A stretch of 64,000 nt of DNA from a virus (Duplodnaviria > Caudoviricetes): positions 1-64,000 of the IMG/VR virus record IMGVR_UViG_2654587515_000001, one strand, 5' to 3'. The notes under the pieces are model-generated. The model had not been told where the DNA came from. It saw only the letters and a program-made list of their open reading frames with translations, and made no database searches. The translations under genes and the position numbers were made by a program. Positions 37,257-45,897 of this stretch are shown here, piece after piece. The first letter of the stretch is position 1, and the number at the start of each line of letters is the position of its first letter.

Positions 37257-38009
37257 CTAACGAATACGGAATGAGTCGGTCTTGGTGATTAGCTTGGTTG
37301 ATGAGCAAGTAGACAATAAAGTGCGCAGCTCAGACACGCTGTAGCCGGTCTTATCTCGTATGCGTGCCTTCATTGATCGAACGGTAGAAGGCGTTACGCC
37401 CAGTCTTTCTGCGGCCTCCTTGTCAGAGAGGCCCATGCGCTTACAAAAGATAAGGCGCGTTTCCGTCATGCTTAGGGGGTTTGCGAGATCGGCAAAATCG
37501 GGCACCTTGACGTGCCTAGATTCGGTAACGCGAAAGAAATCATTAATCAAAAATGTGGTGCCCATCAAATTTCCGTTGAGGTCCACTAACGGGTATTTTT
37601 GAGTTTCAATGGTATGCAATTTGACACTACTGCCGAAAAAGTAATCGCAATCTGCAAATACCATAGCTTGGCGCTCTTCCATAATGAGCTTATCTTGGAT
37701 GGCATATCCTTGAGCGACTTCATCACTGACACACGTCGGCATTTCTTCTAAGCGCTTACCATAAAAAGCGTAGCCGCAAGGCAGGTCTACCAGCTCGCGG
37801 TAATGGCAATTCATCACAAGGTACTCAGAATCTAGCCCTTTGATCCCCGCCGGCCCAGGATATCGCATCAACTCAGCCACAAGACAATCACAGAGCACGA
37901 ACTGGCCCGAGTGGATGCCGTGGTGAATCGACGTATCCTTTCGGGGATAGCATCGTCGACACAGGTGTTTGTTCTTCTCTAAGCATTCATTATAAGTATT
38001 TGCGGCCAT
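37257..38009 (-). CDS. VqmA-like PAS + LuxR-HTH transcription factor
   Basis: PAS region aligns by eye with V. cholerae VqmA (PGPAGIKGLDSEYLVMNCHYRELV vs PGYWGCKDLNSVFVYANQAYGELI; QKYPLVDLNGNLMGT vs TKTPWRDSQGKIQGT); C-terminal LSMTE...AERLGVTPSTVRSMKARIRDKTG LuxR HTH. Confidence 0.8.
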   Translation of the reverse strand: MAANTYNECLEKNKHLCRRCYPRKDTSIHHGIHSGQFVLCDCLVAELMRYPGPAGIKGLDSEYLVMNCHYRELVDLPCGYAFYGKRLEEMPTCVSDEVAQGYAIQDKLIMEERQAMVFADCDYFFGSSVKLHTIETQKYPLVDLNGNLMGTTFLINDFFRVTESRHVKVPDFADLANPLSMTETRLIFCKRMGLSDKEAAERLGVTPSTVRSMKARIRDKTGYSVSELRTLLSTCSSTKLITKTDSFRIR

Positions 38010-38205
38010 TCTACCCTCTAAAGTTTTACAAGACCGCCAACTGCAAAGCGTAATTTATATGTTAATTATTATATTAATTTATAGTGTAGGCCAATTTCGG
38101 ACAGTTTTGTGTTGATGCCCGTATTTATGTGCCTTGTTACCCTCCTGATGGACATTATTGTTTGCCCATCAAAAGGAGGATGGCGAACTTCCCGCCATAA
38201 ACTGA

Positions 38206-41200
38206 ATGTACAAATTCTTAATAACAACCCCTTTTAAATCAGAAGTTTCCATTCTGATTAACTCCGATTGGGACCAAAAATCCCCCGTCGAAATGGAAGG
38301 CTCAGACGATGACCAATTGATGATCAAAAATTTCATCCGTTTTCATGGTATGACCCCCGATGGACGTATTGCCCAGCTCCCTGAAATGACGCCAATGAGT
38401 GCTCATTACTCATTCACCACCAAAGCGGCGACAGAGCAAGGCTTCACCATTAAGTTTATTCAAGGTGAGCAAAAACCATACCCGCACCGTGATGTGGTGT
38501 TTGATAGCGCGGAAGATGACGAGCCATCGTTCACCACCAAACCGCAATCATTCAAACTTCAGGACCGATACCAATTCCAAGGTTTGCCGATTTCTATCGA
38601 AAACAAAGCAGGCACCAAGCGTGCCGGCGTGGACCCAGATGGTAGCGAATGGTCCGTCGCAATGCATTATGACTACGGATACATAAGATCGACCAAAGGC
38701 ACCGACCAAGAGGGTATTGATTGTTATATCGGGCCAAACCGTAAAGCCGATCACGTCTACATCGTCAAACAACACGCGATCGAAAAAGTGAAGCAGTGGC
38801 CATCGAAATACTGCCCACAGTGTAAAGAGCACGCTCAAGACTGCGCCTGCCCTGAATTCTTTGATGAAGACAAAGTAATGCTGGGCTTTGATAACAAAGA
38901 GCAGGCGAAAGCGGCTTACCTCAAGCAGTACGATTCCGATCTGTTCTTGGGGCCGATCTCTACGATGCGTATTGAAGACTTCAAGGAAGCGATCGCTGCG
39001 GCGGCTGGGGATGAGTTGGACTTGCCATTGCAGTTCGTGCATGACCATGCCGTTTTAGATAGCGCCACAGATGAGCAAATCCAAGCCCTGCAAAGCGCAA
39101 AAGATATCAATGAGTTAGAAGTTATTTTTAACCAGATATTCCAAGCGGCCAGTCATGATGGCGATCGTGAGTTTGGCTTGAAGGCCAGCGGCGTCAAAAC
39201 GCGAGAAACGATCAACAGCAAAGTAAAAGCGATCGTTGATCGAATAAAAGCGGCGAATTGGGACACAAGCAGCCTGACAGCAGAAGATTACGATCTGCTC
39301 GTGCAATATTCTGGCCGTGGCGGCTTGAGTGAAAACAGCCAGTATGAGTACTACACACCGACGTACATTGCCGAGGGATGCTGGGACTTGCTGGGGGCCA
39401 ATGGGTTTGATAACGGTAACGTCTTAGAGCCGTCTGCCGGTGCCGGTGTATTTAATGCCACCAAACATCAAGGCGTGAAGATGACCGCAACGGAAATCGA
39501 TCCGATCAGTTCTGCCGTCAACAAGATACTTCACCCAGAAGACAACGTATTTAACCAGTCATTTGAGAAAATGGCCGTTGAGTCACCAGATAACCACTTT
39601 GACTCGGTGATTGGTAATATCCCATTCGGCAGTGCCCGAGGCGCTTCTGCGCACGACGACCCCGATCATAAGAGTGAAAAGCTCATCGAGCGCTACTTCA
39701 TCAACCGTCTGATCGACAAAGTGAAGCCAAGCGGCCTGTTAGTGCTGGTGGTACCGGTCAATATTGTACGTGAACGTGGCAAAGTGTGGCAGAAATGGCG
39801 CGCGAAAATCAGCAAGAAAGCGGAATTCCTTGGTGCGCACAAGCTGCCAAGCAAGACGTTTGGCAAGCAAGGTACGGGTGTTGTTACCGACATCATTGTG
39901 CTGCGCAAGCACTCTAAATCAGCCGCTGAGAAAATTGCTCAACTTCCAATGGAGCAGCTGCAATCGTCCAACGTGCTTTGGGATACCTTTATTGAAGGCA
40001 AATGGTGGGAGCGCGACGGCAAGCCGTTTATTCACGGTAAGTTTGTCCCTAAAGACGCCAGCAAAGTCCGTGATGATGACAAAGTGATCCGTGATGCCAG
40101 CGTGACCGATGCAGCGCTCAAGCGCAAACTGGCGGCGAAATTCCACTCCCGTATCGACTGGGAAGCGCTCGATACCGCCGAGCCGGTGATTAAGAACTAT
40201 GTCGAAGGCGACCGTCGAATGATTGATGAGCGTATGCACGAGTTCACACGCGGCAACTGGGAACCGGTTGACACCCTGCATGGGACCACAACAGCCATTG
40301 ATGAGAAAAAGTATGGCGTTGCCTCTCTCGAAGCGCTGAAAGGGCTGCTTGAGAGTAATCACGGCCTGATGTCACTGTCGGTTAAACAGGCGTTTGCTGC
40401 GATGAAGGCATGGGGCCATTTATTTAGCAAACCGCAGAAGCAAGCCATTGAGTTTGCCATGACGCAACCCAGTGATGAGTATCGAGAGCAAATCTTCCGA
40501 GGTTCGCTGATTGGTGCTGATTTGGCGCGTTTCCAAAATGACACCAACCAAGGCAACTGGGACGCAACCGAGCAAATGCGACTGCAGGAGTTGGTGGCCA
40601 ATGAGATCAACAAATACGGCCATCCAAAACAAAACAAGGGGCTTATCCTCGCCGGTGAAAGCTCGCGCTATTTTGGCGTGTTCTCAAACGCGATGGATGA
40701 AAACGGTGAATACTCCACCTTGCTAACCGGTGATGTCAGCACGAAAGGACTGTCATTTGACGACACCAATCCTCACGCTATCGTTGAGCACCTATACCTG
40801 CGTGAAGGCATGATGCATATTACGTTGGAAGATGTGCAGCAGCTGTACAAAGGCAAGACGCCTATCCGCTCTTTGTCGGATCTGGCTGATGACAAAAACC
40901 TTGCTGTCCACCCTGACGGCCTGCTTATGCCAATGAGCCGTTTTTGCTCTGGGGATGTGTATCAGAAAGTGCTCACCCTTAGCCATGCACTCAATGTTGA
41001 AACCGATCCGAAACTCAAAGCGAAGTACCAACAACAGCTGGAAGAAATCGAACAGCGTCGCCACAAAACCGCGCCAGAAAACATTGCGTTCTCGATGCGC
41101 CACAAATGGATTGATCGCAAATACGTGCTGGAATTTATGCACGAAAAAGGCTACTCAAACCTTGATTACCTTGTCGAGAAAAAGCAGCTCGCTAAAGACG

Positions 41201-44200
41201 ATGATACGGACGAAAGCTACGTTGAAAACGTTCGAGAGCGCGATACCAGTTCACCGTTTGGTGAGTTTGTGGGCTATGACGATACCCAAGGCTTCAACAA
41301 GCAGCTGAATAACTGGCTTAACGGCGGCAACGTCACCAGCTCGAAGCAAGAGTATATCGAAGAATACAAAGAGCGTGTTTCTCGCTTAGACGAAGAGTTC
41401 CGTCTCTGGATGCAGCAGCACCAAGACATTGATGATCTAACCGAGCTATATAACCAGAAATTCAACTCATACATCCCGTTTGAACACTCAGATGCGGATT
41501 TGGGGCTGGAAGGCGTCAGCGCCATGGTTAAGCCACACGGCTACCAGTGCTCCGCTGTACGTCGCCTGTCTGAAGATGGTTCGGGTATTCTCGGGTTTGA
41601 TGTGGGCTTGGGTAAAACCTTCAGTGCCTTGGCATTGGCCGCCTACAACAAGCAAATGGGCCGAGCCAGTAAGACTCTGATCGTCGTACCTAACTCAGTG
41701 CTGGCGAACTGGTACCACGAAGCCAAGATGTTTCATGGCAATCTGGATAACGCTTTGTTCGTGGGCTTTAAGCCAAAACTGGACAAAGAAGGGCAAATCC
41801 AGCGTGAGCCGGTCAAAGACGAGCAGGGCAATCCGAAAAAGAATAAGCATACAGGTGAAATTGAATATCAGGATACGCTGATTAAAGAGAGTGCCGAAGA
41901 AATCTTCGACAAGATGCACCAGATCCCACAGACGTCAAAATCACTGGTCGTTATGACGTTTGAGAAATACAAAGAGATTCAGATGCGCCCTGTTAGCAAA
42001 CACAAGTATGCCGACAAGTGGGTGGAGAAATCGCTTATTTCCGATCAGATGGCCGCAAGTACCGTTGCTGGTGATGATTTCAGTCTGGGCAAAGGCAAAG
42101 ACAAGATCAGTTACAAAGAAGCGGTACGAAAAGAAGCCCTGCAGCAGCGCTTCCTTGAAGATGGCGGACACAAAAAAGGCGAATACCCGTACTTTGAAGA
42201 TATGGGCTTTCAATCGGTCATTATTGATGAAGCCCATGCATTTAAGAACAGCTTCAAAGCCGGTGATAAAACAGGGAACATTGCTTACCTGCCCAATCCG
42301 ACGGAATCCCAGCGTGCTATCGACATGGCAATGAAGATGGCCTACCTACGCGACCAAAACGAAGGCCGAGGCCCTGTTCTATTGTCCGCAACGCCTGTCA
42401 CCAACTCGCCGCTTGAGATTTTCAACATGCTGTCACTGGTGCTGCCGGTAGAAGAGTTTGAAAAATTCGGCGTTTATACTGCAGACGATTTTGTCCGTGT
42501 GTTCGGCAAGGTAGAAACCGTTGAGAAAATGACGGTGAAAGGCGAAATCGTACAAAAAGATGGTCTGGTTGGCTTTCAAAACTTGGATGGCCTGCGCAAC
42601 CTCTTCCACCGCTACACGCTCATGCAAAACGCTGAAGACGTAAATCTGGCCCTGCCGGATGCGCCTGAGTCTCATGAAAGCGTCGACATGACCGACGCGC
42701 AAGAGTCGGCCTACGAAGCGCTGCGAGAAGAGGCCAAAGAGGCCAGTAAGCCAGCACGCCAGCGTAGTGCGAACGCTCGCGCTCTATTTGCCGTGATGCG
42801 TGATATGGATAAAGTCACAACGGATATGGACCTGTTCAATCAGACCATGACGTTCACTTTCCCTGTATCGAAAGCGAAAGCAGTCGATCAACTCATTGCC
42901 TCGCTGCCTGCCTCAATTGAAGCTGAGCGCCTTGAACAAACCGAGGACGGGGAAGAGGTTAAGCGTAAGGTATCCATCGAGCTTGATTATCAGCGCCACG
43001 AAGAAGGGGAATCCATCGTGCTGGTGGTCCCTGACGTTTATGAGCAGGCAGTGCTTGACGGATTGAATGATGCGGCCATCAAGCTGTCAGATGTCGGCCA
43101 CCCGTTAACGCCTAAATACGCCAAACTGATCGCCAACCTGCAGGCAGAGCTGGAAGTAAACGGTAAGCAGATTGTCTTCACTGAAGAAAAAACGCAGCAC
43201 CATAAGCTCAAACGCATCATCGTGAACCAGTTGGGCCTTGATGAGAAGCAAATCGGCATCATCAACGGCGCTGACGCTGCCGGCGCGAAGCTTCAGCGCA
43301 TTGCTGACTCTTACAATGCCGGTGACATCAAAATCGTTATCTGTAACAAAAAAGCTGAGGTCGGGGTTAACCTGCAGAAAGGAACCAGTGCGATTCACCA
43401 CCTAACCCTGCCGTGGACACCAGCCTCTATCCAGCAACGCAATGGTCGTGGCGTCAGACAGGGCAATACCGCTTCTAAGGTCAGCTTGTATTACTACCTT
43501 GGTAAAGGCTCGTTTGATGGCTACCGCCTTGATCTGCTTAACAAGAAAAAGAGCTGGATGCGTGACTTGTTCAACGGTACTGAGTCAGAAGCCGTCAACG
43601 GCAACGCGATCGATAACGATGACTACCTTGATATGTTCGAAGCGGATCCGGAAGCGGCTAAGGCAAAACGCATGGAGCGTCTGGCCCAGAAGCAGGCAGA
43701 ACGTCGCCGTAAATCGGATTTGAAGTGCGCGGTCGATTTGTCTCAGGTCATTGGCCTTCGAAGCCAGTTAGCCAGCTGGGAAGCCGACAAGGCAGAAGAC
43801 TATAACCGCTTGGTTGAGCGAAAAGACAAGGCGCAAGCTTCTCTGTCGAGACTCAAGGAAAAGGGCGAGGATAGCGGCAAGGCTGAGCAGGCACTGGCGC
43901 GAGTCAACAAGATGCTGCAGGATCACGAAGCCAAGTGGCAAGATGAAAAAGCGAAACTGGAATCTCGCTTATCACAACGCCTAACCTTCCTGAAGCAAAA
44001 AGCGAGTGCCGGCGAACTGCCTTTTGACAGTGGCATTATTGAAAACCCAGAAACCGCCATCGTGGCACGGGATGGCAGCGTCCTGACCGTCGGTGATTAT
44101 CTGGAAACGGATTTCGGGGCCATTTTACGTATTGAGCAAGTCGATCAGGCCACCCGAGCTGTGCAGTATTCGGTCCCGATCGGCAGCGTGTCTTACTACT

Positions 44201-45255
44201 GGTGGGGGCGCCGTAATGGCGAGCACATGAAAGCTGAGCTGGATGCTATGCCAGAAGGCTTGAAGCGCGTTTCTTTGACCGACGATGAAGTGAGAGTGAA
44301 GCAAATGTTGTCCATCACATACTCTTACAGCACATTGCCGAAATTGAAGAAAGATCAGTTTGTGAAATACCGTGATGAGCTTCAGCTGCAGAGCTACGGT
44401 AACTTCCTGTTCCGTGTCGATGGGCAACTGGTACTGGCCAATGCGGATCAACATCCAAAAGAGCAACTGGTGTTTCCTGATACCACTGATAATGCCCTCA
44501 AGCGTGAAATTGCACTGCATTACCTGAAACTGCGCCGAGAAGATAAGTCTGTCTTTGCATGGCGCGAAGTGGTGAAGCCGTTCTTTGGCGATCACTACGA
44601 GCAGGAAATTGCAGAGTACGGTCACAAAGCCTCTCAGGCTGAAGTGCTGTCCATTTGCGATCAGGCATGGACCGACTACCAGCCGACGCTGGCTGAAGGT
44701 ATTCAACTCTCGGCATCGCTCAAGACACAGCCTGAAGCTATCGCTAAGCACCAAGCGTACCGATACGCCCGTCAGGATTTCCAAGAGCAGCTCGAAGACA
44801 GAGCGGCAGAGCTGGGTGATAACCGCATGGAGATCAACCGCTGGGTGCGCGAGTTCGTCGCAGGGTTGGAGAGCAAACTGCTCGATGACGCAGAAGCGGC
44901 CAAACGACAGGCGGCAGATGCTGAGCTGGAAGAGCTGAAGCAAAACCCAGCATTCAAAGCACTGCCTGAAGAGGTTAAAAAAGGCTTTAGCGATATCGGC
45001 ATCACTGCCCGATATAACTATAAAGACGTATCTATCCCTCGCAATGGTCGCTACCGTGCGCGAACGCTGCCGGCTTTCCAACATTTCTTCCTGCAGGATA
45101 GAAATGGTAAGGCAGGCAAGCTATTTGCGGCAAAAGACATTCTCAAAAACCGCTTTGGTGCTAAGTTCTGCACTGCCGAAGGGGATTGGGATGGCAGCTG
45201 GTGGTACTTCCCTGCCAGTGTTGATGTGGCAGAGGTGTATGAGATTATCGCTTAA
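38206..45255 (+). CDS. darB: DarB-like polyvalent protein: InPase-like domain + N6-adenine methyltransferase + SNF2 helicase
   Basis: 2349 aa; VLEPSAGAG and GNIPF (MTase), DVGLGKT and IIDEAH (helicase); upstream of portal and protease as in P1. Confidence 0.92.
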   Translation: MYKFLITTPFKSEVSILINSDWDQKSPVEMEGSDDDQLMIKNFIRFHGMTPDGRIAQLPEMTPMSAHYSFTTKAATEQGFTIKFIQGEQKPYPHRDVVFDSAEDDEPSFTTKPQSFKLQDRYQFQGLPISIENKAGTKRAGVDPDGSEWSVAMHYDYGYIRSTKGTDQEGIDCYIGPNRKADHVYIVKQHAIEKVKQWPSKYCPQCKEHAQDCACPEFFDEDKVMLGFDNKEQAKAAYLKQYDSDLFLGPISTMRIEDFKEAIAAAAGDELDLPLQFVHDHAVLDSATDEQIQALQSAKDINELEVIFNQIFQAASHDGDREFGLKASGVKTRETINSKVKAIVDRIKAANWDTSSLTAEDYDLLVQYSGRGGLSENSQYEYYTPTYIAEGCWDLLGANGFDNGNVLEPSAGAGVFNATKHQGVKMTATEIDPISSAVNKILHPEDNVFNQSFEKMAVESPDNHFDSVIGNIPFGSARGASAHDDPDHKSEKLIERYFINRLIDKVKPSGLLVLVVPVNIVRERGKVWQKWRAKISKKAEFLGAHKLPSKTFGKQGTGVVTDIIVLRKHSKSAAEKIAQLPMEQLQSSNVLWDTFIEGKWWERDGKPFIHGKFVPKDASKVRDDDKVIRDASVTDAALKRKLAAKFHSRIDWEALDTAEPVIKNYVEGDRRMIDERMHEFTRGNWEPVDTLHGTTTAIDEKKYGVASLEALKGLLESNHGLMSLSVKQAFAAMKAWGHLFSKPQKQAIEFAMTQPSDEYREQIFRGSLIGADLARFQNDTNQGNWDATEQMRLQELVANEINKYGHPKQNKGLILAGESSRYFGVFSNAMDENGEYSTLLTGDVSTKGLSFDDTNPHAIVEHLYLREGMMHITLEDVQQLYKGKTPIRSLSDLADDKNLAVHPDGLLMPMSRFCSGDVYQKVLTLSHALNVETDPKLKAKYQQQLEEIEQRRHKTAPENIAFSMRHKWIDRKYVLEFMHEKGYSNLDYLVEKKQLAKDDDTDESYVENVRERDTSSPFGEFVGYDDTQGFNKQLNNWLNGGNVTSSKQEYIEEYKERVSRLDEEFRLWMQQHQDIDDLTELYNQKFNSYIPFEHSDADLGLEGVSAMVKPHGYQCSAVRRLSEDGSGILGFDVGLGKTFSALALAAYNKQMGRASKTLIVVPNSVLANWYHEAKMFHGNLDNALFVGFKPKLDKEGQIQREPVKDEQGNPKKNKHTGEIEYQDTLIKESAEEIFDKMHQIPQTSKSLVVMTFEKYKEIQMRPVSKHKYADKWVEKSLISDQMAASTVAGDDFSLGKGKDKISYKEAVRKEALQQRFLEDGGHKKGEYPYFEDMGFQSVIIDEAHAFKNSFKAGDKTGNIAYLPNPTESQRAIDMAMKMAYLRDQNEGRGPVLLSATPVTNSPLEIFNMLSLVLPVEEFEKFGVYTADDFVRVFGKVETVEKMTVKGEIVQKDGLVGFQNLDGLRNLFHRYTLMQNAEDVNLALPDAPESHESVDMTDAQESAYEALREEAKEASKPARQRSANARALFAVMRDMDKVTTDMDLFNQTMTFTFPVSKAKAVDQLIASLPASIEAERLEQTEDGEEVKRKVSIELDYQRHEEGESIVLVVPDVYEQAVLDGLNDAAIKLSDVGHPLTPKYAKLIANLQAELEVNGKQIVFTEEKTQHHKLKRIIVNQLGLDEKQIGIINGADAAGAKLQRIADSYNAGDIKIVICNKKAEVGVNLQKGTSAIHHLTLPWTPASIQQRNGRGVRQGNTASKVSLYYYLGKGSFDGYRLDLLNKKKSWMRDLFNGTESEAVNGNAIDNDDYLDMFEADPEAAKAKRMERLAQKQAERRRKSDLKCAVDLSQVIGLRSQLASWEADKAEDYNRLVERKDKAQASLSRLKEKGEDSGKAEQALARVNKMLQDHEAKWQDEKAKLESRLSQRLTFLKQKASAGELPFDSGIIENPETAIVARDGSVLTVGDYLETDFGAILRIEQVDQATRAVQYSVPIGSVSYYWWGRRNGEHMKAELDAMPEGLKRVSLTDDEVRVKQMLSITYSYSTLPKLKKDQFVKYRDELQLQSYGNFLFRVDGQLVLANADQHPKEQLVFPDTTDNALKREIALHYLKLRREDKSVFAWREVVKPFFGDHYEQEIAEYGHKASQAEVLSICDQAWTDYQPTLAEGIQLSASLKTQPEAIAKHQAYRYARQDFQEQLEDRAAELGDNRMEINRWVREFVAGLESKLLDDAEAAKRQAADAELEELKQNPAFKALPEEVKKGFSDIGITARYNYKDVSIPRNGRYRARTLPAFQHFFLQDRNGKAGKLFAAKDILKNRFGAKFCTAEGDWDGSWWYFPASVDVAEVYEIIA

Positions 45256-45342
45256 CACCTAACAGGTATCAGACAAATACTTATTTAACACTCTTAGGGT
45301 ATCTGCTATATTGTAGATACCCTATGGCAAGGAACCATAATC

Positions 45343-45759
45343 ATGAAAATTAAAATCCCAACACAAGCAGAGCTGAAGCCGCTTTACGATGAGGCGGTAG
45401 AAGGCCAAACAGAAGCGCAGTGGATGGAAACCTTTCTCGCTGCCGTCGCAAAAATGCTGCGTAAAAATCCACTTTGGTACCGCGCCTACGGGATATACTG
45501 GTGGGGGCTAAAACAGATGCTTATCGAGCGTGATCTGATTTCGTCTGATTTTATTGATGCTGAATGGGCAGAAAAGGTCCAGTACGAACAGCCGGCCTAT
45601 CACTTGCTTGCCGCATTTGCCTATCATGATGAGCGTCAGGATATCGGTGCTTTGGAAGATGATACGCACGTTATTGAGCTTGAGGATGGCGCCATTGACA
45701 GCTATGTGCTGATTGACGAAGACTTTGAGCTTGTTGCGGTCGCTAACGCCATATCTTAA
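45343..45759 (+). CDS. Ulx-like Dar accessory protein
   Basis: GQTEAQWMETFL...LRKNPLWYRAYGIYWWGLKQML resembles P1 Ulx as recalled; adjacent to darB. Confidence 0.6.
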   Translation: MKIKIPTQAELKPLYDEAVEGQTEAQWMETFLAAVAKMLRKNPLWYRAYGIYWWGLKQMLIERDLISSDFIDAEWAEKVQYEQPAYHLLAAFAYHDERQDIGALEDDTHVIELEDGAIDSYVLIDEDFELVAVANAIS

Positions 45760-45765
45760 TGCATT

Positions 45766-45793
45766 AAAAGGGTATCAATTCGATACCCTTTTA
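45766..45793 (+). terminator. hairpin terminator
   Basis: AAAAGGGTATC-AATTC-GATACCCTTTT. Confidence 0.7.
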
Positions 45794-45897
45794 ATATTTC
45801 TCTAATACCTCCCTTAACACCATCAACAAATCTGTGTTGATGCACCCCTGATCGCCCCTCGTTACTCTCTCGATGTTAATTAACAGGCGAGAGAATC

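Larger units (their letters stand above)
1276..45868 (+). promoter_or_regulatory. dispersed late-promoter motif TGTTG(A/T/C)(T/G)GC-N19-(T/C)AnnnT, eight sites
   Basis: Sites at 1276 (weak), 6976, 8211, 16491, 29465, 32241, 38110, 45835, each just upstream of the first gene of a plus-strand operon. Confidence 0.7.

Noticed and set aside
38170-38190. Tiny ORF MANFPP after a strong AGGAGG, upstream of darB
   Set aside because: Six codons, no further support; could be translational coupling or chance.
37092-38205. VqmA-type operator (AGGG-N10-CCCT-like, as recalled) near the VqmA-like gene, and a Qtip-like small ORF
   Set aside because: No convincing match or small ORF found by eye; target promoter remains unknown.
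17122-45084. Long antisense ORFs in the track (for example 17122..17910, 28591..29100, 44125..45084)
   Set aside because: Shadow ORFs opposite strongly coding capsid, baseplate and darB genes; no RBS or motif support.
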